A stretch of DNA of 32,000 nucleotides from Candidatus Nanosynbacter sp. BB002 (GTDB lineage Bacteria > Patescibacteriota > Saccharimonadia > Saccharimonadales > Saccharimonadaceae), in contig NZ_CP146064.1 of NCBI RefSeq assembly GCF_037013405.1, positions 150,001-182,000 on the forward strand. The letters run 5' to 3'. This document shows positions 13,337 through 22,501 of the stretch, in pieces (position 1 is the first letter of the stretch; the number at the start of each line of letters is the position of its first letter). The notes under the pieces are model-generated. The model did not search any database, was not told where the DNA came from, and worked only from the letters and a program-made list of their open reading frames with translations. Position numbers and translations under genes: made by a program.

Positions 13337-14211
13337 TGAAAAAAGGATTGGGTCGTAGCTTTGATTCACTTATTCCAACAAATCTGATCGATGAGTCATT
13401 TGATCCGACTGCCAAGCAAGACGGCAGACTTAGCCAGCTCAAACAATTACCGATTGAGCAAGTCATGGCCGATCCAGATCAGCCACGTCGGATGTTTGAC
13501 GAAGAGGCGCTTGATGAGCTGTCTGAGTCGATAAAGATTCATGGTATTTTACAGCCGCTGGTAGTGACAGGCAAAGCAGGTGCTTATGTGATCGTTGCAG
13601 GTGAACGTCGTTGGCGTGCTGCTCAGAGAGCTGGGCTGACCGAGGTACCGGCACTGGTGCGAACGCTGACTGGTCAGCATCGTTTGGAACTGTCTCTGAT
13701 TGAAAACCTGCAGCGCCGCGATCTCAATCCTTTGGAAACTGCTACAGCATACGCGAAATTGCGCGATCAGTTCAACCTGACACTGGATGAAATAGGGCAG
13801 CGAGTTGGCGGCAAATCGGTTAGCGCCATCTCTAACACTATGCGTCTTCTGAAACTGCCAAAGGCGGTCCAGGAAGCTGTTTTTAGCTATAAAATCACTG
13901 AAGGTCAGGCTCGACCATTGATCAATGTGCCCAAAGAAGTGGCAGAAGAGCTGCTGGAGAAAATCATTACTGAAGGGTGGTCTGCTCGCCGCATTGAGCA
14001 GGCGATAGTCCTTTGGAAAGAGTCTAAAAACAATCCATTTGAAAAGCGACGTCCGGTCGAGATTCCTCATGAAGAAGTCGTTCAAAATTTGACCAAAAAA
14101 CTGAATTCAAAGATTAAAATTCGCACCAATACGCGCGGCGCTGGGCAAATCATCATACCATTCAAAAATGCTGTTGATTTTGAGCGTATTCATCAACTGC
14201 TGAAAAAGTAG
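13336..14211 (+). CDS. parB: Chromosome partitioning protein ParB/Spo0J
   Basis: ParB box IVAGERRWRAAQRAGL and an HTH region (LTLDEIGQRVGKSVSAISNTMRLL). Overlaps the parA stop by 1 nt (TGATG). Confidence 0.93.
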   Translation: MKKGLGRSFDSLIPTNLIDESFDPTAKQDGRLSQLKQLPIEQVMADPDQPRRMFDEEALDELSESIKIHGILQPLVVTGKAGAYVIVAGERRWRAAQRAGLTEVPALVRTLTGQHRLELSLIENLQRRDLNPLETATAYAKLRDQFNLTLDEIGQRVGGKSVSAISNTMRLLKLPKAVQEAVFSYKITEGQARPLINVPKEVAEELLEKIITEGWSARRIEQAIVLWKESKNNPFEKRRPVEIPHEEVVQNLTKKLNSKIKIRTNTRGAGQIIIPFKNAVDFERIHQLLKK

Positions 14212-14817
14212 TTAAAATCCACGGATTTTAGTGATTGGCCAAATCCTCATGGAGACTGGTCCGACGATGTCGTATAGTGGTATTGGCCCCATGCAGTTTC
14301 GGGAATCACACGAATAGTTTTCTTGTCGGTGGTCGCCCATGACAAAAATAGTCCCCTCTGGTACGGTAGTGTCAACATCGCCAGAGGTTGGCTGCCCAGG
14401 CTCATTTTTATTCACTGTGGTATCAGGATTAAACCCATGAATATGAGCGCTATTATACACCGTAACGACGCCATCCTTAACCGTAACACGCTCACCAGCA
14501 AAGGCGATAACTCGCTTCACGATGTACTCATCTTTATTTGTTGAAGAGTTAAAATTTGGGTTTTTAAAGACAATGGTTTGACCCCGCTCAGGGACGTATC
14601 GCTTGTTTTTGATTTGTGCCGCTGTCACTGGTAGTCGATTAACAATCAAACGATCACCTGTGTGCATGGTCGGTTCCATACTGGCGCCTTGAACAGTAAA
14701 ATTACGAAAAATAAAGGTGTTAATCAGCAGAGTGCCGACCACCACGCCAACAACAAAAACGATGAGCCCCAAACTGTCACGAATCTTTGGGTGTCTATCA
14801 AGAAAAGTTGCATCCAT
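14212..14817 (-). CDS. lepB: Signal peptidase I
   Basis: N-terminal TM helix. Catalytic Ser box GASMEPTM, the Lys region (VKRVIAFAGERV), and GDHRQENYSCDSR (box E). Its stop abuts the parB stop with zero gap. Confidence 0.9.
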   Translation of the reverse strand: MDATFLDRHPKIRDSLGLIVFVVGVVVGTLLINTFIFRNFTVQGASMEPTMHTGDRLIVNRLPVTAAQIKNKRYVPERGQTIVFKNPNFNSSTNKDEYIVKRVIAFAGERVTVKDGVVTVYNSAHIHGFNPDTTVNKNEPGQPTSGDVDTTVPEGTIFVMGDHRQENYSCDSRNCMGPIPLYDIVGPVSMRIWPITKIRGF

Positions 14818-14824
14818 CCTATTT

Positions 14825-14830
14825 AGTATA
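14825..14830 (-). promoter_or_regulatory. -10 box (TATACT) 7 nt upstream of the lepB ATG
   Basis: The minus strand reads TATACT-aaatagg-ATG. Leaderless geometry. Confidence 0.4.
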
Positions 14831-14842
14831 GCCTGTATAGTG

Positions 14843-14851
14843 TGATATAAT
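14843..14851 (+). promoter_or_regulatory. Extended -10 promoter (TGaTATAAT) 8 nt upstream of ATG 14860
   Basis: TGATATAAT at 14843-14851, divergent from the lepB -10 box within a 42-nt intergenic gap. Confidence 0.45.
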
Positions 14852-14859
14852 CAAGAGAT

Positions 14860-15633
14860 ATGGAGCTACTGCGAACCGTTAAACGCAAATCATTTTTTAG
14901 TGAGGTGGTGTATCATCTGTTGAACATCAGCTTAGCTTTGGTATTATTTGGTATTACGCTCATGGTCCAATCGCCAGTAGCTGCGGTAGTATTGGTTATT
15001 TTGAGTAAGTGGCGTGTCTTGGCGGTGAGGCCACGTTTTTGGTGGACGAATATTCAGTCTAACTTGGTGGACTTGATCGTTGGATTGAGCGTGGTGGCAT
15101 TGCTGTACCTGTCTGTGGGGAATATCGCCGTGCAAATTGCTTTCACTGCCTTTTATATCATTTGGCTGGTGATCATCAAACCAATGTCAAAGCGCTGGCA
15201 AATGATGTTGCAGTCGGCCATCGCTATCTTATTTGGTACGGTAGCGTTATTCTCCATTGGTTATTTGTTGCCAGATATTGCAGTTGTTGCTGGCTCAATG
15301 GTCATTGGCTACAGTGCCGCTCGGCATTTTTTGGTTAGCTATAAAGAAGATCAAATAGTTCTGCTGAGCTCTATCTGGGGAATTATGTTTGCGGAGATTG
15401 GCTGGCTGGCGTACTATTGGACCTTTGCCTATGCTATACCAGGACTCACCATGATCAAACTTCCGCAGGTGACTATTATTTTGCTGTTGATATCTTTCTT
15501 GGGTGAGCGGGTCTATCGATCATGGAAGAAAAACGGTGCGGTCGTACGGAGCGAGATCATGCCGCCAGTCTTGTTTTCTGTAGCAGTGATAGGCGTTATA
15601 TTACTATTTTTCAACACAGTAACGAGGATTTGA
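14860..15633 (+). CDS. Multi-pass membrane protein, function unknown
   Basis: 257 aa with about 7 hydrophobic helices. A 3-nt gap to the downstream htrA suggests one operon. No recognisable catalytic motif. Confidence 0.5.
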   Translation: MELLRTVKRKSFFSEVVYHLLNISLALVLFGITLMVQSPVAAVVLVILSKWRVLAVRPRFWWTNIQSNLVDLIVGLSVVALLYLSVGNIAVQIAFTAFYIIWLVIIKPMSKRWQMMLQSAIAILFGTVALFSIGYLLPDIAVVAGSMVIGYSAARHFLVSYKEDQIVLLSSIWGIMFAEIGWLAYYWTFAYAIPGLTMIKLPQVTIILLLISFLGERVYRSWKKNGAVVRSEIMPPVLFSVAVIGVILLFFNTVTRI

Positions 15634-15636
15634 TAG

Positions 15637-16803
15637 ATGACGGAGGTGGGACTAGATCAACCAAATAACAGTGCGCGGGTAATCACACTGTCGCGGCGAC
15701 GGATGATGGCTATCTGGGTTGCCATAGCAGCGCTATTTTTGTTGATAATTATGATCGGTAGCGTGCTACTCATGATGGTGTTGCGTCCAAAGCTCGCCAG
15801 TACGCATGGCCCAACGGTTGACGGTAATCTGACTGTTACCGCCGAAGAATCGAATGTCTCAAAAATCGTCAATCAGGTATCCCCTAGCGTCGTATCGATT
15901 ATCACTGTAAAAAGTAATGGCTTCAGATCACAAGAGAACGCTGGAACTGGCGTAATCATCAGTAAAGACGGCTATATTTTGACGAATAAGCACGTAGTAA
16001 ATGGTGGGCGATCCTTCCAAATCATCACTGGCTCGGGCGACCGCCACACCAATGTCAAACTAGTGGGAGTTGATCCACTAAATGACATTGCGTTTTTGAA
16101 GATTAACCGTGTTGATAATCTGTCGCCAGCGACTATTGGTGACTCAAGCACTGTCCGTGTTGGTCAGAAAGTCATTGCCATCGGTAATTCGCTTGGTAAA
16201 TTCCAGAACACTGTCACGAGCGGTATTATCTCAGGTAAGGGCCGTCCATTGCAGGCTTCGTCAGATAGCGACGACGATCAAGACCAGAAGCCTGAGTCAT
16301 TGACAGACCTTTTGCAGACCGATGCTGCTATCAATCCAGGCAACTCGGGTGGTCCGCTGTTAAATATGGCTGGTCAAGTTATCGGCATTAATACCGCCAT
16401 CGTCGAGGATGCCCAGAATATTGGCTTTGCTATCCCGATAGGTGCAGCCAAAGGACTGATCCGGAGTGTTCTAGAAAAAGGTGAGATCAATAAATCATAC
16501 ATCGGTATACGTTATTTGGAAGTGACGCCAGAAACGCGGGCTGCAAATAAACTATCAGTCAAACATGGTGCTTTTGTCGGTGGTGTTTCTGGGCAATTGG
16601 TGCAGCAGGGCGGTCCAGCAGACAAAGCGGGCATCAAATCTGGCGACATCATCACCAAGGTTAATGATAAAACCATTGGCGAACATGGTGGTTTGACAAG
16701 CTTGATTGGCGAATATCTGCCAGGCGAAACTATCGAGCTGACGGTTATCAGAGATAACAGAGAGCAGAAGCTGAGACTAACGCTCGGTGCCTACAAATCG
16801 TAG
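15637..16803 (+). CDS. htrA: HtrA/DegP-family serine protease with a PDZ domain
   Basis: N-terminal TM anchor. Triad contexts TNKHV, NDIAFLK and GNSGGPLLN. C-terminal PDZ (GIKSGDIITKVNDKTI). Confidence 0.9.
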   Translation: MTEVGLDQPNNSARVITLSRRRMMAIWVAIAALFLLIIMIGSVLLMMVLRPKLASTHGPTVDGNLTVTAEESNVSKIVNQVSPSVVSIITVKSNGFRSQENAGTGVIISKDGYILTNKHVVNGGRSFQIITGSGDRHTNVKLVGVDPLNDIAFLKINRVDNLSPATIGDSSTVRVGQKVIAIGNSLGKFQNTVTSGIISGKGRPLQASSDSDDDQDQKPESLTDLLQTDAAINPGNSGGPLLNMAGQVIGINTAIVEDAQNIGFAIPIGAAKGLIRSVLEKGEINKSYIGIRYLEVTPETRAANKLSVKHGAFVGGVSGQLVQQGGPADKAGIKSGDIITKVNDKTIGEHGGLTSLIGEYLPGETIELTVIRDNREQKLRLTLGAYKS

Positions 16804-17619
16804 AGCCACGATTAGCCCGCTGGTCTCCAAGTGTAAAAAGCCATTTTGATTACCAAAGGCTACGATCGTCTGGTGTTGTTCCTCGTCTGCCTCGATGAAT
16901 AGCAGTCCTTGGTCGGTCATATGCTTGGGTGCTTGCTGAATGAGCTCTCGGATTAGCTTAAGTCCTCCTTCGCTGGCATACAGGGCTTCTGACGGCTCGT
17001 GACGGAGCTCTGGGGAGGTGTTCTTCCAATCCTTGTCGACATATGGTAAATTCGCTAAGATGCAGTCGAGCTTTTCAAATTGGCCGAGTAGTAAGGATTG
17101 TTTTTGCGTAAAGATTTTAGCACCCAATTTCTTGGCATTCTTTTCTGCCACTAGGAGTGCTTTAGGGCTAATATCTGACAAAACAACATGCCAGTTGTCT
17201 GGCAACTCGAGCGCCGCAGTGATCCCCAAGCATCCAGAGCCAGTTCCTATGTCGATGAGCGTCCTTGGTTGGTCGTCTTGTGGCGCTAGCTTTAGTAGTA
17301 GATTGATCATTTCTTCTGATTCGGGACGCGGTACTAGTACGCTGGGCGATACACTAAAATTCCGTCCATAAAACTCTTTTTCGCCCAAAATATACGCCAG
17401 CGGTACTCGGTCGAGACGCAGGCTAAGTCGTGCTTCGACGATATCAATACGCCGCGGATCAATCTCTTCGTCCGGGTGCGCGTGAAGGTATGTTCGGTTT
17501 TTGCGCAAAGTATTAGCTAAAATGAGCTCCGCGTCTAATCGGGCTGATGCGATATCGGCTTGCTTTAATGTATTGGTGGCGGTTGCTAACCAGGATGTTA
17601 TGGTTGACTTTTCTTGCAT
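16777..17619 (-). CDS. prmC: Release-factor glutamine N5-methyltransferase PrmC/HemK
   Basis: SAM-binding LIDIGTGSGC. Substrate tetrapeptide NLPY in place of NPPY. PRPETE-like VPRPESEE. Its 3' end overlaps the htrA 3' end by 27 nt (convergent). Confidence 0.88.
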   Translation of the reverse strand: MQEKSTITSWLATATNTLKQADIASARLDAELILANTLRKNRTYLHAHPDEEIDPRRIDIVEARLSLRLDRVPLAYILGEKEFYGRNFSVSPSVLVPRPESEEMINLLLKLAPQDDQPRTLIDIGTGSGCLGITAALELPDNWHVVLSDISPKALLVAEKNAKKLGAKIFTQKQSLLLGQFEKLDCILANLPYVDKDWKNTSPELRHEPSEALYASEGGLKLIRELIQQAPKHMTDQGLLFIEADEEQHQTIVAFGNQNGFLHLETSGLIVALRFVGTER

Positions 17620-17699
17620 TATATGCTAAATTATACACCATTGAAGAGAAATTTCATAATCAACGTGGCTACTAGACGGCACGGGAAGAGTTGGCATGT

Positions 17700-18791
17700 A
17701 TGAATAAGCGCGTGAACAAATTGAAAGTAGATTTTCCTTCTTGTGAGGGTATTGTGACCGTTGATCATGATTTTCCAAAGATTCAGCTTGATCGTAAGCT
17801 AGGTGCTGAGCTAGTGCCTGGTGAAGTTGTTGACCTTTCTGAAGAACGACTAAAAAAATATCTTGAGTATGCTGAAATACCGGAGCAGCGTTGGGGCGAT
17901 TTGTCACTAATCATCACTGGTGCAGAAAATTCTTCGTATCTGGGGAGTGATGAATTAGGGTATGTAAGTGATGATGGCGAGGGAGGACTTGATGCTGTTA
18001 TCGGGATTGATTACGACTCTGACTCTGAGGCTACGCTACGGCATGAGCTGTGCCACGTCAAGGATGCGATAGATGGGGAAATTGACTTCCAGAAGAAAAA
18101 TTTGTTATACACACTGGGAAGTTCAATATCTAAAGAACGATTACGTAAGCAGGCCATTATAATTCATGCTTTGGGCGCTCTTGCTTATGCGTGCGGTATG
18201 TATTTTAACTCTGAAGAGATGAAAAATAGTGTGCTCTCTGCGTTGGTTGCAAATAATACCGTGGCTGCGGCATTATTGGGAGCACACCTGAAAGGGTATT
18301 ATCATGATCCAGGAGAAAAGCGCGCTCGTAAGGCTGCGGAACATGGTAAATGGTTACCACATGTGTTCACGAGGCGTATTGATACTATGCCTGTTGACGA
18401 ATTGGCGTCATCATTTGCGTCTCATCCTTGGACCTCGGTATATATAGCAAAAAATGATGATGAAGTGCGCGCCAGGGAGCAAGCCGCTGGCCAACTTGGT
18501 CTGTCGTATTATGCAACGACAGATCCAGAGGAGGTTAAACTGCTTGCCATTAAAGAGGCTGAGCGAGAGTATGTTGAGTATAAACGATTAGCCGAACAAG
18601 GGATAATCAGTAAAAGAGGACTTAGAGAGTTTAAGATTAGCGAAATAGCTGATGATTTCATGGATCGTGCAGAGGTAGCTACTAAAGGTGGCGGTGCAAT
18701 GGTTGCTGTACTGCCTGATTCTACACATCGTGTCAACATGGGAGAATATAGCAAACGATACGATGACATCAAGCGCGATATCACGGAATAG
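17700..18791 (+). CDS. Hypothetical protein with an HExxH motif (possible membrane-associated zinc metallopeptidase)
   Basis: LRHELCHVKD (HExxH) followed by two hydrophobic segments (AIIIHALGALAYACGMYF and VLSALVANNTVAAALLGAHL). The start is taken at the first ATG (17700); the ORF-track start is TTG 17691. No confident family assignment. Confidence 0.45.
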   Translation: MNKRVNKLKVDFPSCEGIVTVDHDFPKIQLDRKLGAELVPGEVVDLSEERLKKYLEYAEIPEQRWGDLSLIITGAENSSYLGSDELGYVSDDGEGGLDAVIGIDYDSDSEATLRHELCHVKDAIDGEIDFQKKNLLYTLGSSISKERLRKQAIIIHALGALAYACGMYFNSEEMKNSVLSALVANNTVAAALLGAHLKGYYHDPGEKRARKAAEHGKWLPHVFTRRIDTMPVDELASSFASHPWTSVYIAKNDDEVRAREQAAGQLGLSYYATTDPEEVKLLAIKEAEREYVEYKRLAEQGIISKRGLREFKISEIADDFMDRAEVATKGGGAMVAVLPDSTHRVNMGEYSKRYDDIKRDITE

Positions 18792-18799
18792 AGTTTTTG

Positions 18800-19870
18800 T
18801 TAAGCTTCAGCATTCTTTGCTTTTAGCTCTCGCTCATACCGCTGCAGTTGCTCAATCAAATCGTCAATGTCCCCGTTCATCGCAGCGGGGATATTGCTGC
18901 GGCTGTAGTGTATGCGGTGGTCGGTGATGCGGTCTTGCGGGAAGTTGTAGGTGCGGATTTTTTCGGAGCGGTCACCAGTACCAACGAGTGAGCGTCGTTC
19001 GGCGCTTAACTTGGCGTTTTCCTCGTCAATTTTCATCTGTAGTAAGCGCGAACGCAGCACACTCATGGCTTTTTCGCGGTTCTTGATCTGTGATTTTTCG
19101 TCTTGGTTAGTGACGACGATGCCAGTTGGTAGGTGAGTGATACGCACTGCTGAGTCGGTGGTGTTGACGCTTTGGCCACCATGTCCGCCCGAGCGGAATA
19201 CGTCAACGCGGAGGTCATTTGCATCTAGCTCGACGTCAGTTTCTTCGGCCTCTGGCAACACCGCTACGGTGACGGTGGAGGTGTGGACGCGACCTTGGCT
19301 TTCGGTGACTGGGACGCGCTGGACGCGGTGGACGCCGCCTTCAAATTTCAATTTGGCGTATGGTGCGTCGCCTTTGACCATGAATATGACCTCTTTGTAG
19401 CCGCCTGAGTCGTTGGCAGATTCACTGACGAGCTCAGTTCTGTAGCCATTTGCTTCACACCAACGTAAATACATGCGGTACAGTTCCGCTGCAAATAGCG
19501 ATGCTTCGTCGCCGCCAGCACCAGCACGGATCTCTATGATGATGTTTTTCTCGTCGTTTGGATCTTTTGGCGTCAGTAGGATGAATAATTCTTCCTCCAG
19601 CTCTGCCAGACGCGCTTCAGTTTCAGTGATTTCAGCTTTTGCTAGTTCCGCAATTTCGTCACCGCCAGTCGCCAGCTGTCGTGCTTCTTCCAAGTTTTTT
19701 GTCAGTTGCTGGCGTTCCTTGGCTTTTGCTATCAAGGTTTCCAGTTCTGAAAAACGTTTATTCTTCGTGGTAAACTCTGGGTCGCTATATGCAGTTGGTT
19801 GTGCTAAAAAATCTGCCAAGATTTGTCTCTCGGCAATCAAGTCGTCTAAGTGTAGTGCAATTTGTGCCAT
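18800..19870 (-). CDS. prfA: Peptide chain release factor 1
   Basis: GGQ loop ([24 protein letters not shown]) and the RF1-type PxT tripeptide ([10 protein letters not shown]). Start trimmed to ATG 19870 ([10 protein letters not shown]...). The ORF-track N-terminal extension runs through promoter sequence. Confidence 0.95.
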   Translation of the reverse strand: MAQIALHLDDLIAERQILADFLAQPTAYSDPEFTTKNKRFSELETLIAKAKERQQLTKNLEEARQLATGGDEIAELAKAEITETEARLAELEEELFILLTPKDPNDEKNIIIEIRAGAGGDEASLFAAELYRMYLRWCEANGYRTELVSESANDSGGYKEVIFMVKGDAPYAKLKFEGGVHRVQRVPVTESQGRVHTSTVTVAVLPEAEETDVELDANDLRVDVFRSGGHGGQSVNTTDSAVRITHLPTGIVVTNQDEKSQIKNREKAMSVLRSRLLQMKIDEENAKLSAERRSLVGTGDRSEKIRTYNFPQDRITDHRIHYSRSNIPAAMNGDIDDLIEQLQRYERELKAKNAEA

Positions 19871-19879
19871 ATGAATTGT

Positions 19880-19888
19880 ATTATAGCA
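19880..19888 (-). promoter_or_regulatory. Extended -10 promoter (TGcTATAAT) 9 nt upstream of the prfA ATG
   Basis: The minus strand reads TGCTATAAT-acaattcat-ATG with no SD. Confidence 0.45.
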
Positions 19889-19908
19889 CAGAAGACGGGC
19901 GCCGTATA

Positions 19909-19937
19909 TTGACATTTTAGGCATTTGTATGTATAAT
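19909..19937 (+). promoter_or_regulatory. Consensus promoter TTGACA-17-TATAAT
   Basis: TTGACA at 19909-19914 and TATAAT at 19932-19937. The in-frame ATG at 19947 is 9 nt downstream. The ORF-track start at 19929 would lie inside the promoter. Confidence 0.55.
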
Positions 19938-19946
19938 ATGCTCAAC

Positions 19947-21074
19947 ATGGTTAAGCTTAAAAACATAATCCCCGCGCGACTGCGCAGAGTCGGGCAAGCC
20001 AGTCCGGGCAGAGAGCCTGTATATGACCAAAACCAGGTGATGTACAATCTGTATGAGAAGGGTTCCGTTGCCGTTCATCCACTCGAGCCGTTTGAAGAGG
20101 TGTCTTCAGAAGATATATCGCATCGGATGGAAATAGATCACTGTGTGAAGCGAGCACCTACGTTGGCGGAGCTGATGAGCGATAGGGAGCATGGCAGGGA
20201 AAACGATGTGCATAGTGTGATCGGTAGGCGGGCTTTGCTTTCGCGTGAGGTTGATGCCTTGACCCGAGCAGATTTTTCAGTGCAAACGGAGCAACAGACA
20301 ATTTCGGCATTGTTTTCTGGGTTGTGTGCGCGAAGTGATGATTTGGCGCGTACCTCACGATTGTCTAAAATCCGGAATCATCTCAACTATGTTGGTGAGC
20401 CGGAGCTCATGGAGGCGGCGCACGGAATCGCGACATATTGGAAGCATCGGTTGGATACGCATCTTGATAAAGCATTGTTTGTGATGCTGGGCGAAATTGG
20501 TAACATGGAACGTGCTGACTATGCCGCCCCAGAAGGAAAAATAAAAAGTGACGAATATTTCATGGAGTTGATCATGAGGGAGTTTTCTGATGATGAGTTG
20601 ACCCAATATGCTGATAGGCTGCTCATCGATGAGGGGGAATTGGTGAACTTGCCTAAAGAAAATGTTGATATCATCATGCTGGACGACTGGACAAGTAGTG
20701 GTATAGAAATCGCGGAACAGCAACAGTGTTTCTTGAGGCGACATCCGGACTTGAGGGACCATATAGAAGTTCAACTAGCGATTGCCAATGAAGAAAGGTT
20801 GAAAGTGGGCTTCCGTATGAATGGGGGGCAGTATGTGCCAGTTCGCTCCTACTACTCGGCAAATAGTTCATCCGAGCTTTTTAGTACGTATATTGCAGGG
20901 TCACATTCGTCAGACTACTCGTTGGCGTTTGATATTAGTTCTCTACTTGGAACAGAGGATACGATGCCACCAGGCGTGCAAGTTGCGCGACCATATCACC
21001 GAGACGACTATCAGACGACCTTTCGCCAGCGTTTACAGTACGCTAGGTCACGTGACTCAAACGTGATTAAATAG
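19947..21074 (+). CDS. Hypothetical protein with a PRTase-like (PRPP-loop-like) signature
   Basis: [16 protein letters not shown] resembles the type I phosphoribosyltransferase PRPP-binding motif (four hydrophobic residues, DD, xx(T/S)xG). [13 protein letters not shown] lies ~75 aa upstream, like the PPi loop. The start is chosen from promoter geometry. The family call is weak. Confidence 0.4.
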   Translation: MVKLKNIIPARLRRVGQASPGREPVYDQNQVMYNLYEKGSVAVHPLEPFEEVSSEDISHRMEIDHCVKRAPTLAELMSDREHGRENDVHSVIGRRALLSREVDALTRADFSVQTEQQTISALFSGLCARSDDLARTSRLSKIRNHLNYVGEPELMEAAHGIATYWKHRLDTHLDKALFVMLGEIGNMERADYAAPEGKIKSDEYFMELIMREFSDDELTQYADRLLIDEGELVNLPKENVDIIMLDDWTSSGIEIAEQQQCFLRRHPDLRDHIEVQLAIANEERLKVGFRMNGGQYVPVRSYYSANSSSELFSTYIAGSHSSDYSLAFDISSLLGTEDTMPPGVQVARPYHRDDYQTTFRQRLQYARSRDSNVIK

Positions 21075-21078
21075 ATAT

Positions 21079-21741
21079 ATGGCATTTTCAACATGGCGCG
21101 AGTTTGTTGAAGCTGAGGCTCAGCAGCCGTATTTTCGGGTGTTGATGAATCGGGTGGACGCTGAGCGCGATCAGTACGAGGTATACCCAGCACGGCAAGA
21201 TATGTTTTCTTGTTTTGCAGCTTGTCCACTGGAGGCGGTTAAAGTGGTAATTATTGGGCAAGATCCCTATCACGGTCCAGGTCAGGCACATGGCATGAGT
21301 TTTTCGGTTAAACCAGGAGTTAAATTACCGCCAAGTTTGCAGAATATCTTTAAGGAACTGGTTGACGATCTTGGGGTGGATATGCCGACTAGTGGTTTTT
21401 TGGAGCCATGGGGTAAACAAGGCGTATTGCTGATGAATACTAGCTGGAGTGTTAGGCGAGGTCAGGCTGGTAGTCATGCAAACTATGGCTGGATGGAGTT
21501 CTCCCAGCGATTACTGGCAATGTTAAATGATTATGACCGGTCGCTGGTATTTATACTGTGGGGAGCGCACGCCCAAAAGGTTGGTCAGGCGATCACAGAC
21601 AGTCGCCATTTGAAGATTTGTAGTGCTCATCCGTCACCGTTTTCTGCCAATCGGGGATTCTTTGGTAGTAAGCCATTTTCGCGTGCCAATGATTTTCTGG
21701 TACGGAATGGCTGCGGGGCGATTGACTGGCAGTTACCTTGA
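21079..21741 (+). CDS. ung: Uracil-DNA glycosylase, family 1
   Basis: VVIIGQDPYHGPGQAHGMSFSV (water-activating loop), LLMNTSW, and the HPSPFSA loop. Confidence 0.93.
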   Translation: MAFSTWREFVEAEAQQPYFRVLMNRVDAERDQYEVYPARQDMFSCFAACPLEAVKVVIIGQDPYHGPGQAHGMSFSVKPGVKLPPSLQNIFKELVDDLGVDMPTSGFLEPWGKQGVLLMNTSWSVRRGQAGSHANYGWMEFSQRLLAMLNDYDRSLVFILWGAHAQKVGQAITDSRHLKICSAHPSPFSANRGFFGSKPFSRANDFLVRNGCGAIDWQLP

Positions 21742-21771
21742 TTGACAAATAGTAACTTTATGTGGTATAAT
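21742..21771 (+). promoter_or_regulatory. Promoter TTGACA-18-(TGg)TATAAT, 7 nt upstream of ATG 21779
   Basis: TTGACA at 21742-21747 and TATAAT at 21766-21771. No SD, so the geometry is leaderless. It begins 1 nt after the ung stop. Confidence 0.5.
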
Positions 21772-21778
21772 ATGAACT

Positions 21779-22477
21779 ATGGAACATTCAATTGATACTA
21801 TTAAACAAAAACCAGATACGTTGCCGTTGCCATCTGTTACCAAAACGTACAGATTGCCCGAGGGGATGTCGCTCGGACCAGATGAATCGGTCAAAGTGAA
21901 AGGGTTTATAGCTCGGGGAAGAATTGATGGAAGGTCGGCTGTCTTGGCTTTGGATGACTCGGGAGAGGATTATACTCAGGACTCAGTGCTGCAGTCTCAT
22001 CTTGAGGATGCAATTTTTGGAGATTTTTCATTTATGCGCTCAGCATATTATAACCACATTGCTCAGCATCAGGGCATGACGATGCCAGATATGATGAAAT
22101 TGACACCAGATGATTATAAGCAACTTACATCGACCGGTCTATCTACAGTGTTAGCAACTGGATCTTTGGAGGAGATAGAGCAGAGGCAGGGCTTCTCCGC
22201 GGGATTAGTTGTATCAAGGGGCGACGAACTGAAGAAAGTGGCTGATATTGAGCATAGGGCAGCAGAGATTGGTCTGTACTTTCGAGTGGCTGTACAGTTT
22301 CCTGGAGATGCGCAAGGAGCGAAAGGGTACATCCTATTGACGGATGCAGTTGGCAACCAGGTCATCATGCCGTCTCGTGAAGAGACGACAGACCTCCTGA
22401 AGCGCTTGTTTGGTTATCAAGAAACCGAAGAACAATTGTTTGATGCTGAAGCGGCGTTGTCGGCTATGTCTGAGTAA
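21779..22477 (+). CDS. Hypothetical protein (232 aa)
   Basis: Long ORF with its own strong promoter, followed by a terminator hairpin. No recognisable motif. Confidence 0.5.
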   Translation: MEHSIDTIKQKPDTLPLPSVTKTYRLPEGMSLGPDESVKVKGFIARGRIDGRSAVLALDDSGEDYTQDSVLQSHLEDAIFGDFSFMRSAYYNHIAQHQGMTMPDMMKLTPDDYKQLTSTGLSTVLATGSLEEIEQRQGFSAGLVVSRGDELKKVADIEHRAAEIGLYFRVAVQFPGDAQGAKGYILLTDAVGNQVIMPSREETTDLLKRLFGYQETEEQLFDAEAALSAMSE

Positions 22478-22501
22478 TTCGAAAACTGATTAGCCTAACA
22501 A

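Noticed and set aside
19137-19874. Plus-strand ORFs of 87 and 133 aa inside prfA
   Set aside because: They are antisense to a motif-verified RF1 gene and have low-complexity Ser-rich translations.
19871-20047. ORF-track N-terminal extension of prfA (to 20047). Similar extensions at 19929, 23034, 12135, 27416, 4051, 25874 and 17691
   Set aside because: The extensions begin at non-ATG codons or run through recognisable promoter or SD sequences. Conserved protein N-termini and SD or leaderless geometry support the trimmed starts given in the feature list.
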